This document shows, piece by piece, positions 45,981-56,410 of a stretch of 64,000 nt of DNA. The stretch comes from Clostridia bacterium (GTDB lineage Bacteria > Bacillota > Clostridia > Christensenellales > CAG-917), in contig JAQUST010000004.1 in NCBI GenBank assembly GCA_028710495.1, positions 1,613-65,612 on the forward strand. The letters run 5' to 3'. The notes below the pieces were generated by a model. That model was not told the DNA's origin. It saw nothing but the letters and a program-made list of their open reading frames with translations, and did not search any database. Position 1 is the first letter of the stretch; every line of letters starts with the position of its first letter. The position numbers and the translations under genes are program-made.

Positions 45981-47927
45981 ATGAATAGGATGGAAAATCT
46001 TGTTGAAATATTGAACAAATACGCTTATCAATACTATGTAAAAGATGAGCCTATTGTTGCTGATACCGAATATGACAAGTTGTATGATGAGCTTGTTGAG
46101 CTTGAAAAATCAACGGGTATTGTGCTTGAAAATTCTCCTACACGTCGAGTTGGAGGAGAAACTCTTAAAAAGTTTGAACAATCAAAGCATCTTCAAAAGC
46201 TTTACAGCCTCGATAAATGCCAAAATGAAGAACAATTTGCCGAATGGTCTTCTCGCGTCAAAAAATCGCTTGGTTATTTTCCTAAACTCACATCAGAATA
46301 CAAATTTGACGGTTTGACACTCAACCTTCTTTATGAGGATGGTAAACTTGTCAAGGCTTCTACGCGTGGAAACGGTGTTGTAGGAGAAATTGTCACCGAA
46401 CAAGTTAAAACTATAAAAAGCGTTCCACTATCAATAGAATACAAAGGCAAAATCGAAATGCAAGGTGAAGGAATTATGCGCCTCAGTATTCTTGAAGCTT
46501 ACAATAAAAAAGCAAAAGAACCATTAAAGAACGCACGAAACGGAGTTGCAGGAGCAATACGCAATCTAAATCCCAAAGTTACTGCCTCAAGAAATCTCGA
46601 TTTTATGTGCTATAATATTGGCTACTCTGATATAAATTTTGTTTCGCAGATTGAAATGAGAAAATTTATAGAAAAACAAGGTTTCAAAACGGGTGGAGAG
46701 CTTAAAGTGGTATCTAGTGAAGCAGAAGCCATAAATTTCGCAAAAAATATTGATGAAATAAGAAGTTCGCTTGATTTTCTCATTGACGGTGTGGTTTTCA
46801 AAACCGATGAAATCAATGAGCGCGAAAAACTAGGATTCACAGAAAAGTTTCCAAAGTGGGCAGTTGCCTACAAATTCAAGGCAGATGAGGCAACAACAAT
46901 TCTCGAAGATGTAGTTTGGCAAGTTTCAAGAACTTCAAAACTCAATCCGCTTGCGCATTTAGAGCCCGTTGATATTGCAGGTGTGACAGTAAAGCGCGCA
47001 ACACTCAACAACTATACAGATATATTGAAAAAGAAAGTTAAAATTGGCTCAAGAGTTTTTATACGTCGTTCTAATGATGTAATTCCCGAAATTACAGGGG
47101 TTGCAGAACAACCTGAAAACGCTGTGGAAATTGTTAAGCCTACCATATGTCCCGCCTGTGGTTCTGCAGTTGAGGAAAGAGGCGTATTTTTGTATTGCAC
47201 AAATGAGCACGGCGAATGCGCTCCACAAATAGTATCAAAATTTGCTCATTTTGCTTCAAAGTCTGCGATGAATATTGATGGATTTTCGGATAAAACAGCT
47301 GAGCTTTTATATAATGAGATTGGGTTGAAAACATTACCGCAATTATACACAATTTCAGCGTCTGATTTGCAAGGGCTTGAAGGTTTTGGAGAAAAGAAGA
47401 TTTCAAATCTTATGCAATCTATTGAAAACAGTAGATACACAACACTTGACCGCTTTATATATTCGATAGGAATTTCAGGTATAGGAAAAAAATCTGCAAG
47501 TGATATGACCAAAAAGTTCAAAACTTTGGATGCTATTTTGGCTGCAAGCGAGAGCGAATTGGCTCAAATTGATGGCGTTGGCGAAGTTTTAGCAAGGAAT
47601 ATAGTAGAATTTTTTAATGATATAAACAACAAATCAATGATAGAAAAGCTTTTGGAAAATGGAATAACATTTGAGCAGGAAAAGACATACAGCGGCGCAT
47701 TTAATGGTTTGAATATTGTTTTGACTGGTTCGCTTTTATCATTCAAAAGAAGTGAAGCGCAAAAACTTATTGTCGAAAATGGTGGAGAAACATCTGATAC
47801 GGTTTCAAAAGCAGTCAACTTGGTCGTTGCAGGTGAAGAAGCGGGAAGCAAATTGGATAAAGCAAAGAAGCTTGGAATCAAAATTATAAATGAAGAAGAG
47901 TTCAAAAATATGCTTAACGAACATTAA
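45981..47927 (+). CDS. ligA: NAD-dependent DNA ligase LigA
   Basis: Adenylation motif KFDG (SEYKFDGLT), Zn finger CPACGS...C...C, HhH repeats, and a C-terminal BRCT (IVLTGSL...KLGIKIINEEEF). Confidence 0.95.
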   Translation: MNRMENLVEILNKYAYQYYVKDEPIVADTEYDKLYDELVELEKSTGIVLENSPTRRVGGETLKKFEQSKHLQKLYSLDKCQNEEQFAEWSSRVKKSLGYFPKLTSEYKFDGLTLNLLYEDGKLVKASTRGNGVVGEIVTEQVKTIKSVPLSIEYKGKIEMQGEGIMRLSILEAYNKKAKEPLKNARNGVAGAIRNLNPKVTASRNLDFMCYNIGYSDINFVSQIEMRKFIEKQGFKTGGELKVVSSEAEAINFAKNIDEIRSSLDFLIDGVVFKTDEINEREKLGFTEKFPKWAVAYKFKADEATTILEDVVWQVSRTSKLNPLAHLEPVDIAGVTVKRATLNNYTDILKKKVKIGSRVFIRRSNDVIPEITGVAEQPENAVEIVKPTICPACGSAVEERGVFLYCTNEHGECAPQIVSKFAHFASKSAMNIDGFSDKTAELLYNEIGLKTLPQLYTISASDLQGLEGFGEKKISNLMQSIENSRYTTLDRFIYSIGISGIGKKSASDMTKKFKTLDAILAASESELAQIDGVGEVLARNIVEFFNDINNKSMIEKLLENGITFEQEKTYSGAFNGLNIVLTGSLLSFKRSEAQKLIVENGGETSDTVSKAVNLVVAGEEAGSKLDKAKKLGIKIINEEEFKNMLNEH

Positions 47928-48012
47928 CAATCAAGCATTTTTTTGTATAATAATCAAGTATTTGTTGTAATGTCGCTTTGTTTAGCAAAATTTAAGTGAT
48001 TAAAAATCGTTT

Positions 48013-48044
48013 AGGCACGGAATTTTGATAGCTGTGCCTTTTTT
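48013..48044 (+). terminator. Intrinsic terminator after ligA
   Basis: AGGCACGG (48013-48020) pairs with CTGTGCCT (48032-48039, one G-U pair), followed by T6. Confidence 0.7.
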
Positions 48045-48188
48045 AATTCAATATACTTTACTTCAAGATTTAAAACGCAAGTAAAGTATTTTAAGAAAAT
48101 TCATTCATAGTTGTTCGCTTGTTTTGAACATAAATTACTGTCGAAATTTAAGTCATTCAAAAAAATAATAGAAAATAATGTTTAGAAG

Positions 48189-48217
48189 TTGTGAATGCCG
48201 TGTGCGTGTGTTATAAT
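48189..48217 (+). promoter_or_regulatory. Extended -10 promoter upstream of yicC
   Basis: TTGTGA (48189-48194), 17 nt, TATAAT (48212-48217), with TG at 48209-48210. It predicts a 5' UTR of about 113 nt. Confidence 0.6.
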
Positions 48218-48336
48218 CTTATAAATATATCGTATATTCCTAGTATCTAAAGCAATTTCATTAAGATGTTCAATATGAAGTCAAAATTTTTACAATAATG
48301 ATTGAATTTGAGTGTTTAGTGATATAGGAGAGCGCA

Positions 48337-49212
48337 ATGAAAAGTATGACAGGATATGGCAAAGGTGAAGCCAGCCATAACGGAAGAAGCATCAAGGTCG
48401 AGTTGAAATCTGTGAACAACAGATATTTGGATTTGAATATTAAGCTTCCAAGAACATTCAATTCACTTGAAGATATTGTGCGCAAAAACATTCAACAGGT
48501 TGTTGAGCGAGGTCATATCGATGTGTATGTGACTTATGTCAATCAAGGCGCGGAGTCTGGCGGTTTCAAAGCTAACATTGAACTTGCAAAAGACTATCTA
48601 TCAACCTCTGCAGTGCTTGCCGCTGAAGTGGGCGTTGAAGATGATTTGACTCTTTCCGCACTTTTGAAAGCTCCGGACATTATGGAAAGATGTGAAGCAG
48701 AAGCGGATGAAGAAGAATTGAAAACTCTTTTGGTTCTAGCCACCGTTGCCGCGCTAACTGAGCTTGAAGAAATGAGAATTGCTGAGGGCGATGCGATTTC
48801 CGAGGATATAAAAGCTAAACTCAAAATGATTGAAAATTTTGTCTCGAAGATTGCAGACCGCGCACCATTTGTTGTTGTTGACTACCGTGAGCGTTTGAAA
48901 CAAAGACTTGCCGATCTCACTGATGACATCAAAGTGGATGAAGCGAGAATTGCAACAGAAGTTGCCGTATTTGCTGACCGTTGTTCCATTGATGAGGAAT
49001 TGACAAGACTTGGAGCACACTTCGGACAGCTTGCTAAGTTTATTGCATCAGATGGAGTTGTTGGAAGAAAAATTGATTTTCTTATTCAAGAACTTAATCG
49101 TGAAACCAACACAATTGGTTCAAAAGCAAATGATTTGATAATCACACAAAATGTTCTTAAATTAAAAAACGAAATAGAAAAAATCCGCGAACAAGTTCAA
49201 AATATCGAATAA
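48337..49212 (+). CDS. yicC: YicC/YloC family endoribonuclease
   Basis: MKSMTGYGKGE N-terminus, and a C-terminal DFLIQELNRETNTIGSKAND motif typical of YicC. Confidence 0.88.
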   Translation: MKSMTGYGKGEASHNGRSIKVELKSVNNRYLDLNIKLPRTFNSLEDIVRKNIQQVVERGHIDVYVTYVNQGAESGGFKANIELAKDYLSTSAVLAAEVGVEDDLTLSALLKAPDIMERCEAEADEEELKTLLVLATVAALTELEEMRIAEGDAISEDIKAKLKMIENFVSKIADRAPFVVVDYRERLKQRLADLTDDIKVDEARIATEVAVFADRCSIDEELTRLGAHFGQLAKFIASDGVVGRKIDFLIQELNRETNTIGSKANDLIITQNVLKLKNEIEKIREQVQNIE

Positions 49213-49262
49213 CTTTGCGCAAACTTATACTTAAAAATACAAGCTAAATTGGAACATAAAAA

Positions 49263-49877
49263 ATGGAAAGAGTTGGAATTTTATTCGTTATATCGGGTTT
49301 TTCAGGCGCTGGCAAAGGAACAATCCTAAAAGAAGTATTGTCGCAAATGCCAGATTTGAAGTTTTCGGTGTCCGCTACATCGCGTAGTCCAAGAGTGGAT
49401 GAAATAGATGGTGTTCATTATCATTTTATAAGCAACGATATGTTCGAAAAATATATTGAAAGCGAGGCGTTTGTTGAATACGCAAAAACTTTTAATTATT
49501 ACTATGGAACATTGAAAAGTGAAATAGAAAATCCAATCCGCGAGGGCAGAGATGTGATTTTTGACATCAATGTTGTTGGAGCAAAAAGTATAAAAGAGCA
49601 GTACCCTGATTGCATCACGGTTTTTGTGACTCCGCCCTCACTTTCTGATCTCCGCATCCGCTTGATGGGAAGAAACAGCGAAACAGAGGAAACATTGGAC
49701 TGCAGAATAAAAGAAGCTAAAAAAGAAATAATCGAAATGCAAAACTATGATTATATTATAGTCAATGACGACGTAAAGAAATGTGCGAATGCACTTATCT
49801 CTATTATAAAATCAGCTAAATATCAAACAAAACGAAATATCGATGTTATAAAATCTTTATCGGAGGAACAAAAATGA
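49263..49877 (+). CDS. gmk: Guanylate kinase
   Basis: P-loop ISGFSGAGKGT, SATSRSPR and YHF motifs. Confidence 0.9.
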   Translation: MERVGILFVISGFSGAGKGTILKEVLSQMPDLKFSVSATSRSPRVDEIDGVHYHFISNDMFEKYIESEAFVEYAKTFNYYYGTLKSEIENPIREGRDVIFDINVVGAKSIKEQYPDCITVFVTPPSLSDLRIRLMGRNSETEETLDCRIKEAKKEIIEMQNYDYIIVNDDVKKCANALISIIKSAKYQTKRNIDVIKSLSEEQK

Positions 49878-50065
49878 TTGACCCACCTATTGACAAACTT
49901 ATAAAAAAAGCAGAATGTCGTTATGCATTGACAGTTGCAGTTGCAAAGCGTACTCGTGAATTACTCACTCAGGAATCCAGCTATCTTGAAAATTCTGGAG
50001 AAAAACCTGTTACACTTGCCTGTAAAGAAATCTATGACGGCAAACTTAAAATAGTCAAGGATTAA
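49874..50065 (+). CDS. rpoZ: DNA-directed RNA polymerase subunit omega
   Basis: 63 aa. PPIDKLIKKAECRYALTVAVAKRTREL pattern. ATGA overlap with gmk. Conserved gmk-rpoZ-coaBC order. Confidence 0.85.
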   Translation: MIDPPIDKLIKKAECRYALTVAVAKRTRELLTQESSYLENSGEKPVTLACKEIYDGKLKIVKD

Positions 50066-50074
50066 AGGAAAATT

Positions 50075-51262
50075 ATGTTAAGAGGAAAAACAGTACTACT
50101 AGGCGTTACGGGCTGTATTGCCGCTTACAAGGCTTGCGAAATAGTCTCACGCCTCAAAAAACTTGAAGCAAATGTCGAAGTTGTTATGACCGAACATGCC
50201 GTTCAGTTCGTTCAGCCTTTATCATTTGAAACATTGTCGGGCAATCGTGTTTATTCAGATTTGTTTGACCGTGACTTTGACTTTGATGTTCAGCATGTTT
50301 CTCTTGCTAAAAAAGCTGACATATTTGTCATAGCTCCAGCCACTGCAAACACTATCGGGAAAGTGGCAAACGGTATTGCTGATGATATGCTAAACACAAC
50401 TTTTATGGCGTGCAAAGCTCCAAAACTTATTTGTCCTGCTATGAACACAAATATGTATGAGAATGAGCAGGTCGAAGCAAACCTAGCGCTTTTGAAAAAG
50501 AAAGGCTGTTCGATATTAGAGCCTGTGAGTGGTAGACTTGCGTGTGGCGATGTAGGCAGAGGAAAGATGGCAGAGCCTATTGATATTGTTCGCGCTATTG
50601 AAGAAATTCTAATGCCAAGATGTGACTACGAAGGTAAAACCTTATTGGTCACAGCCGGCTCAACAGAGGAAGATGTCGACGGAGTGCGTTACATTTCAAA
50701 CCGCAGCAGTGGAAAGATGGGTATCGCTATTGCTCAGGCTGCATCAGAACGCGGAGCGGAGGTTATTCTTGTTGTCGGGAAAGTAAGTATTGCAATTCCT
50801 GATGGTTTTTTGAAAGTTGTCAAAGTAAAAACCACTCAAGATATGTTTGACGCAGTTATGGAAAACTATGTGCCGAGTGACATTATCATAAAAGCCGCCG
50901 CACCTGCGGATTACCATGTAAAAAATCGTATAAGCCACAAATTGAAAGATAAAGAAATTGTCATTGAACTTGAAAAGAATCCTGACATTGCCGCAGCACT
51001 CGGTCAAGTTAAAGGCGAAAGAAAAATGGTCATTTTTAGTGCTGAAACCGAAAATTTGAAAGACAATGCAGTTAAAAAATTACAGAAAAAAAATGCAGAT
51101 ATGGTTGTTGCCAATGATGTGACAAAAGAAGGTGCAGGGTTTAGCACTGACACAAATATTGCCACAATAATCGACAAAAACGGCAACGAATATGATTATG
51201 ATATTATGTTGAAAAAGGATTTAGCCAACATTATTCTTGATAAGGTTATTGAACTCAAATGA
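50075..51262 (+). CDS. coaBC: Bifunctional phosphopantothenoylcysteine decarboxylase / phosphopantothenate--cysteine ligase
   Basis: 395 aa. GVTGCIAAYK flavoprotein N-terminus, PAMNTNM, and ISNRSSGKMG in the CoaB half. Confidence 0.92.
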   Translation: MLRGKTVLLGVTGCIAAYKACEIVSRLKKLEANVEVVMTEHAVQFVQPLSFETLSGNRVYSDLFDRDFDFDVQHVSLAKKADIFVIAPATANTIGKVANGIADDMLNTTFMACKAPKLICPAMNTNMYENEQVEANLALLKKKGCSILEPVSGRLACGDVGRGKMAEPIDIVRAIEEILMPRCDYEGKTLLVTAGSTEEDVDGVRYISNRSSGKMGIAIAQAASERGAEVILVVGKVSIAIPDGFLKVVKVKTTQDMFDAVMENYVPSDIIIKAAAPADYHVKNRISHKLKDKEIVIELEKNPDIAAALGQVKGERKMVIFSAETENLKDNAVKKLQKKNADMVVANDVTKEGAGFSTDTNIATIIDKNGNEYDYDIMLKKDLANIILDKVIELK

Positions 51263-53436
51263 TTTATGAGGTTATCGTTGACCTAGCTACAAACGACCTT
51301 GACCGCACATTCGACTACTTTGGAGATGACATTTCTTTGGGAAGTCGTGTTGTAGTGGAATTTGGTCGAAAAAAAATGGTTGGATTTGTCATAGGTGAAA
51401 AAGAGACAACACAATATCCTGACAAGATAAAACCTATAGTAAAAGTGCTTGATACTCCTATTGTTTCTGAAATGCTGGAGTTAATGCATTTTATGAAGAA
51501 AAAATACAACCTTAGGTTTATAGACGCCCTAAGGTTGTTTGTTCCCTCAAAGATGCGAAGCGATGCAACTTGCGAACTTCAACGAGTGTTTATCACAATA
51601 AATAATGACATTGATGTTGCTGCTTCTATTGAAAAACTTAGCGCTAGAGCCGAAAAACAGCGTGAAACACTTGAATATCTTGCAAGAGGGGAAGGCGAAT
51701 ATCAATCAGAGCTTTCAAAAAAGTTTGGTGCGGGAGCAGTTTCTGCACTGATTGAAAAAGGGATTTTGAAAAGTGAAAAAGTATCAGTTCGCAGAACTCC
51801 GTTTTCAAATTTCAGTTGCGAAGATGTTTTGCATAAACTTACAAAAGACCAACTGAACGCAGTTAAGGCAGTTGCCTCGGGGAGCGGAGTATTTTTGCTT
51901 CACGGAGTCACAGGTAGCGGAAAAACCGAAGTTTATCAAACTATAATAGACAAAGTTTTGACTGAAAATAAAACAGCAATTATGCTTGTACCTGAAATCT
52001 CTTTGACCCCACAAATTTTCAAACTTTTCCGCGCTAGATTTGGCGAAAAAATTGCGATATTGCATTCTGGATTGAGCGAAGGAGAAAGGTTTGATGAATG
52101 GTCAAGATTGTATGATGGAGAAGCTAAAATAGCAATCGGCGCTAGAAGCGCAATTTTTGCTCCTCTCAAGAATGTTGGACTTATTATCATTGATGAGGAA
52201 CACGACAGTAGTTACATAAGCGATTCAAATCCAAGATATGATACGAAAGTTGTTGCAAAGTTCCGTGCGGAATTCAACAATGCTCCGCTTTTGCTCGGTA
52301 GTGCCACGCCTGAAATAGAAAGCTATATGAAAGCGTCAAGCGGTGAGTATAATTTGCTCACTTTGCCTGACCGCATTGCTAAATTTCAACAAAAAGACAT
52401 TGAAATTGTTGATATGGGTTCAGAGTTTAGAAACGGCAATAGAAACATACTTTCAGGTGCTTTGGTTGACGCTTTGCGCACGATAATTGATAGGGGTGAG
52501 CAAGCAATATTGTTTTTGAACCGCAGAGGATTCTCATCATTCTTGATGTGCAAAGAATGCGGTTATATTCCAAAATGTGATGCATGCGATGTGAACTTGA
52601 CTTATCACCGTGCAGTAGCAAGGCTCAAATGTCATTATTGCGGAAAGAATTATACTGTTCCAAACAAATGTCCAAAATGCGGGAGCGAGCATATTCGCTT
52701 CGGCAGAACGGGAACTGAGCAAGTTGTAAATTATATTCACGAATTGTTTCCTGAAACAAAAGTTTTGCGAATGGATGTTGACACAACTTCATCAAAAGGT
52801 GCGCATTTCAGAATATTAGATGATTTTGGAAAAGGTAAAGCTCAAATATTGGTCGGCACACAGATGATAGCAAAAGGTCACGATTTCCCAAATGTAACTC
52901 TAGTAGGAATTTTGGACGTTGATTTTTCACTGTTCCTTGATGATTATCGAGCTAGTGAGAGAACTTTCCAGCTTGTCACACAAGTTGCGGGTAGAGCGGG
53001 CAGAGCGGACAAAGAGGGCAAGGTCTTGCTCCAAACTTTTGTTCCAACTCACTATGTTTTCCGCTTAGCAAAAAAATATGACTACAATGGATTTTTTGAA
53101 AAAGAAATAAATTCTAGACAGGTGACAAAGTTTCCTCCTTTCACTACAATTGTGAGAATTCTTTTTACATCAGAAAATGATGAATTGGCTTTTAGTGAAA
53201 CAAAAAAAATATATCAAATATTAAAAGAGGAAAGCGTAAAAAATAAAGATTTTGTCTACATAAATGCTATGCGCTCTCCGGTCAACAAGATTAAGAATAA
53301 AACAAGATACCAAATATTATTGCGCGTGTATCCCGGAAACGCTGACAGCATAATTGAACATATCTACCAACTTGTTGCAACTGTTACAAACGAAATACAA
53401 TGTTTTGTAGAAATAAATCCGCAAAGCTTGAATTAG
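51259..53436 (+). CDS. priA: Primosomal replication restart helicase PriA
   Basis: Walker A GVTGSGKTEVY, DEEHD, and a double Zn finger CKECGYIPKCDACD...CHYCG...CPKCGS. 4-nt overlap with coaBC. Confidence 0.94.
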   Translation: MIYEVIVDLATNDLDRTFDYFGDDISLGSRVVVEFGRKKMVGFVIGEKETTQYPDKIKPIVKVLDTPIVSEMLELMHFMKKKYNLRFIDALRLFVPSKMRSDATCELQRVFITINNDIDVAASIEKLSARAEKQRETLEYLARGEGEYQSELSKKFGAGAVSALIEKGILKSEKVSVRRTPFSNFSCEDVLHKLTKDQLNAVKAVASGSGVFLLHGVTGSGKTEVYQTIIDKVLTENKTAIMLVPEISLTPQIFKLFRARFGEKIAILHSGLSEGERFDEWSRLYDGEAKIAIGARSAIFAPLKNVGLIIIDEEHDSSYISDSNPRYDTKVVAKFRAEFNNAPLLLGSATPEIESYMKASSGEYNLLTLPDRIAKFQQKDIEIVDMGSEFRNGNRNILSGALVDALRTIIDRGEQAILFLNRRGFSSFLMCKECGYIPKCDACDVNLTYHRAVARLKCHYCGKNYTVPNKCPKCGSEHIRFGRTGTEQVVNYIHELFPETKVLRMDVDTTSSKGAHFRILDDFGKGKAQILVGTQMIAKGHDFPNVTLVGILDVDFSLFLDDYRASERTFQLVTQVAGRAGRADKEGKVLLQTFVPTHYVFRLAKKYDYNGFFEKEINSRQVTKFPPFTTIVRILFTSENDELAFSETKKIYQILKEESVKNKDFVYINAMRSPVNKIKNKTRYQILLRVYPGNADSIIEHIYQLVATVTNEIQCFVEINPQSLN

Positions 53437-53525
53437 AAAGACATCTAAAGGAATTAATATCAGATTGTCTAAGAAAATGAGTTTAAAAATTAAGAAAATT
53501 ATGTATTAATCAATTAACTGATACT

Positions 53526-53603
53526 AAGTAATAGTTAAAATCAATAGTTACAAGTAATAGTTGAAATATATAATTAAAGAAATAGTATAGGCAATAGTTT
53601 CTA
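53526..53603. repeat. Degenerate ~13-bp tandem array carrying AATAGTT cores
   Basis: AATAGTT at 53530, 53543, 53556 and 53593, and AATAGTA at 53581. Successive spacings are 13, 13, 25 and 12 nt. Confidence 0.8.
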
Positions 53604-53685
53604 AGTTCTACTAAATAAAAGAATTTGAAGAAGAAATATAAAAAAATACTTAATAAAGATAAAGAAAAAAGTTTGAGGTTAGGAA

Positions 53686-54147
53686 ATGGCAAAGAGAATT
53701 ATTATCACAGAACCAGATGAGATTTTACGGAAAGTCTCAAGAGAAGTTACAATTTTTGATACTAGGTTGCACACTCTTCTTGATGATATGAAAGAAACAT
53801 TGCTTTCAGCTGACGGAGCAGGTCTTGCAGCTCCTCAAGTTGCAGTATTAAAGCGAGTAGCTATTGTTATGACTGATGAGATATTTCTTGAGATGATAAA
53901 TCCGAAAATTATCGAACAAAGCGGTGAGCAAACTGGAGCAGAGGGTTGTTTATCAGTCCCCGGAAAGTCAGCACAGGTCACACGTCCTGATGAAGTAACA
54001 GTAAAATTTTTGGATCGTTATGGAAAAAAATGCAAAAAGAAAGTGAAAGGATTTGAAGCGAGAGCAGTTTGTCACGAGCTTGACCATTTGGACGGAATTC
54101 TTTATATTGATAAATGTAAAAATTTAGTATTGGACAACGATAAATAG
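53686..54147 (+). CDS. def: Peptide deformylase
   Basis: GAGLAAPQV, EGCLSVPG and HELDHLDG motifs. Confidence 0.95.
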   Translation: MAKRIIITEPDEILRKVSREVTIFDTRLHTLLDDMKETLLSADGAGLAAPQVAVLKRVAIVMTDEIFLEMINPKIIEQSGEQTGAEGCLSVPGKSAQVTRPDEVTVKFLDRYGKKCKKKVKGFEARAVCHELDHLDGILYIDKCKNLVLDNDK

Positions 54148-54172
54148 AAAACAAAAATGACGAGGGTAATTT

Positions 54173-55156
54173 ATGAAAATTGTTTTTATGGGAACACCTG
54201 ATTTTTCCGCAGTTGTGCTCGAAAAACTAAATAGTGTTTACGCGGTGAGTGCGGTTGTGACTGGACTTGATAAGGTTTCTGGTCGGGGACAAAAACTTAT
54301 TCCGTGTGCTTTGAAAAACAAAGCTATTGAGCTTGGAATACCCGTTTTGCAGTTTGATAAAGTCTCAAAAACTGGAATTGAAGACATAAAAGCATTAAAT
54401 CCTGACCTTATAATTACCGCAGCATTCGGACAAATTTTGTCTGATGAATTTCTCCAAATAGCACCACTTGGAGTTCTCAATGTACACGCTTCATTGCTTC
54501 CAAAATATCGTGGCTCATCACCTATTCAACAATCCATAATTGATGGCGAAACTGAGACAGGTGTTACCATAATGAAAACAGTGAAAGAGGTGGATGCAGG
54601 TGATGTTTTACTTCAAAAATCCACTCCAATTGTCAATAAAGAAACCGCAGGTGAATTGTTCGACCGTCTAAGCTTGCTCGGAGGCGAAGCTATTGTTGAT
54701 GCTATTGGTTTATTAAGTAGTGGAAATGCAGTTTTTATTCCGCAAGACAATACTAATGTTTCAAAATGTAAAATGTTCAAAAGAGAGGACGGAAAAATTG
54801 ATTTCTCGAAAACTTTTGAAGAGATTGATTGTTTTGTAAGAGGTATGAATCCTTGGCCGTCAGCTTTCACATTCATAAATGGAAAAATGCTTAAAATTTG
54901 GGAAGTCGAAAAAGCCTTTTTTGACAACGATAATAATGATATCGAAAATACAGACGGCAACAAATCCACATATGGAAAAATTTTGGCTGCAAATCCGAAG
55001 GACGGGCTTATTGTTTCTTGCAAAAGAGGAGCAATAAAACTTGTAAAAGTTCAAGCGGAAAACAGTAAAACAATGACAAGCGAGGAATTCTTGCGTGGTC
55101 ATAGTGTTGCATTGGGAACGATTTTTGATGATAACACTAAAAACAAAGAGGAATAA
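54173..55156 (+). CDS. fmt: Methionyl-tRNA formyltransferase
   Basis: MKIVFMGTPDF, NVHASLLPKYRGSSPIQ motif. Confidence 0.94.
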   Translation: MKIVFMGTPDFSAVVLEKLNSVYAVSAVVTGLDKVSGRGQKLIPCALKNKAIELGIPVLQFDKVSKTGIEDIKALNPDLIITAAFGQILSDEFLQIAPLGVLNVHASLLPKYRGSSPIQQSIIDGETETGVTIMKTVKEVDAGDVLLQKSTPIVNKETAGELFDRLSLLGGEAIVDAIGLLSSGNAVFIPQDNTNVSKCKMFKREDGKIDFSKTFEEIDCFVRGMNPWPSAFTFINGKMLKIWEVEKAFFDNDNNDIENTDGNKSTYGKILAANPKDGLIVSCKRGAIKLVKVQAENSKTMTSEEFLRGHSVALGTIFDDNTKNKEE

Positions 55157-56410
55157 ATGAACAGTTATCTTGAACCATCATATCAAATATTATCAAAAAT
55201 CTTTATTGACAAATCTTACTCAACACTTGCACTTTCATCGCAAGCATCAAATGAAGCTGTCACAAAGATTGTATATGGTGTATTGGAAAGAAATGTCGAG
55301 CTTGATTATATTATTGATAAACTTTGTGCCAAAAGACCGCAAACAAGCATTGAAATTTTGTTGAAAGAAGCGATTTATTGTTTACTTTACATGGATGTTC
55401 TTCCTGACTATGCGGTTGTAAACGAGACTGTTGAACTCACAAAAAAACTTGGTAAGGTTGGGGTTTCGGGTTTTGTCAATGCGGTATTAAAAAAAGTATG
55501 TCGTCGCGAGTACAAACTTCCCGTTCAGGGAGAAAAAAATTATCTTTCCATTAAATATTCTAAACCTCAATGGTTTATCGATAAAATGATTTCACAATTC
55601 GGAATAGAGCGTACTATGTCGGTTTTAGACAATCCTTTGACTGAAAGTGAGCATATTCGTATCAACACAAAGCTGTCAACCTTGGCAGTTGTGAAAGGGA
55701 CTCTTATGGCGCAGGGCATTGCTTTTGAGCAAAGTGCAATGAAGGGTCTGATTGTAAAAAACACAGCTGAAGTAAAAGAAATGTTCCGCACCGGTCTTGT
55801 CACTTATCAATCACCATCTTCAATGCTCGCTGTGCAGGCTTTGGGTGTGACAGATGGCTCATCAGTGCTTGATTTATGCTCCGCTCCGGGTGGTAAAGCA
55901 GTTTTAATTGCGGAACAAAATCCAAAATCAAAGGTTATTGCTTGTGATTTATATCCGCATCGAGTTGAACTTATAACAAGCTACAAAAAGAGAATGAATA
56001 TCAAAAACGTTGATGAAAGACAAGTAGATGCAACCAAGTTCAAGTCTGAATTTGAAAATGCTTTTGATTTTGTACTTGTAGATGCTCCTTGCAGTTGTTT
56101 CGGAACTTTCAGAAAACATCACGATGTATTTTTACAACATGAGGCCTCTTCAATTTATGATATGGCAAAGCTTCAATCGGCAATTTTGGAAAATGCAAAA
56201 AACTATATAAAATCGGGTGGTGTTTTGTTGTATTCAACCTGCACTTTATTTGATGAAGAAAACAAAAATGTAGTAAATAAATTTTTGAAATCTAATACAA
56301 ATTTCACTCTTGAAAAAATGGCTGTTCCATACGATAATGAGGGTATGCTTCAACTGCTTCCGAAAGATGAATGGGATGGCTTTTTTATCGCCAGAATGAG
56401 AAAAGCATAA
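55157..56410 (+). CDS. rsmB: 16S rRNA (cytosine967-C5)-methyltransferase RsmB
   Basis: 417 aa. NusB-like N-terminus, then DLCSAPGGK, DAPCS and STCT motifs. Confidence 0.9.
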   Translation: MNSYLEPSYQILSKIFIDKSYSTLALSSQASNEAVTKIVYGVLERNVELDYIIDKLCAKRPQTSIEILLKEAIYCLLYMDVLPDYAVVNETVELTKKLGKVGVSGFVNAVLKKVCRREYKLPVQGEKNYLSIKYSKPQWFIDKMISQFGIERTMSVLDNPLTESEHIRINTKLSTLAVVKGTLMAQGIAFEQSAMKGLIVKNTAEVKEMFRTGLVTYQSPSSMLAVQALGVTDGSSVLDLCSAPGGKAVLIAEQNPKSKVIACDLYPHRVELITSYKKRMNIKNVDERQVDATKFKSEFENAFDFVLVDAPCSCFGTFRKHHDVFLQHEASSIYDMAKLQSAILENAKNYIKSGGVLLYSTCTLFDEENKNVVNKFLKSNTNFTLEKMAVPYDNEGMLQLLPKDEWDGFFIARMRKA

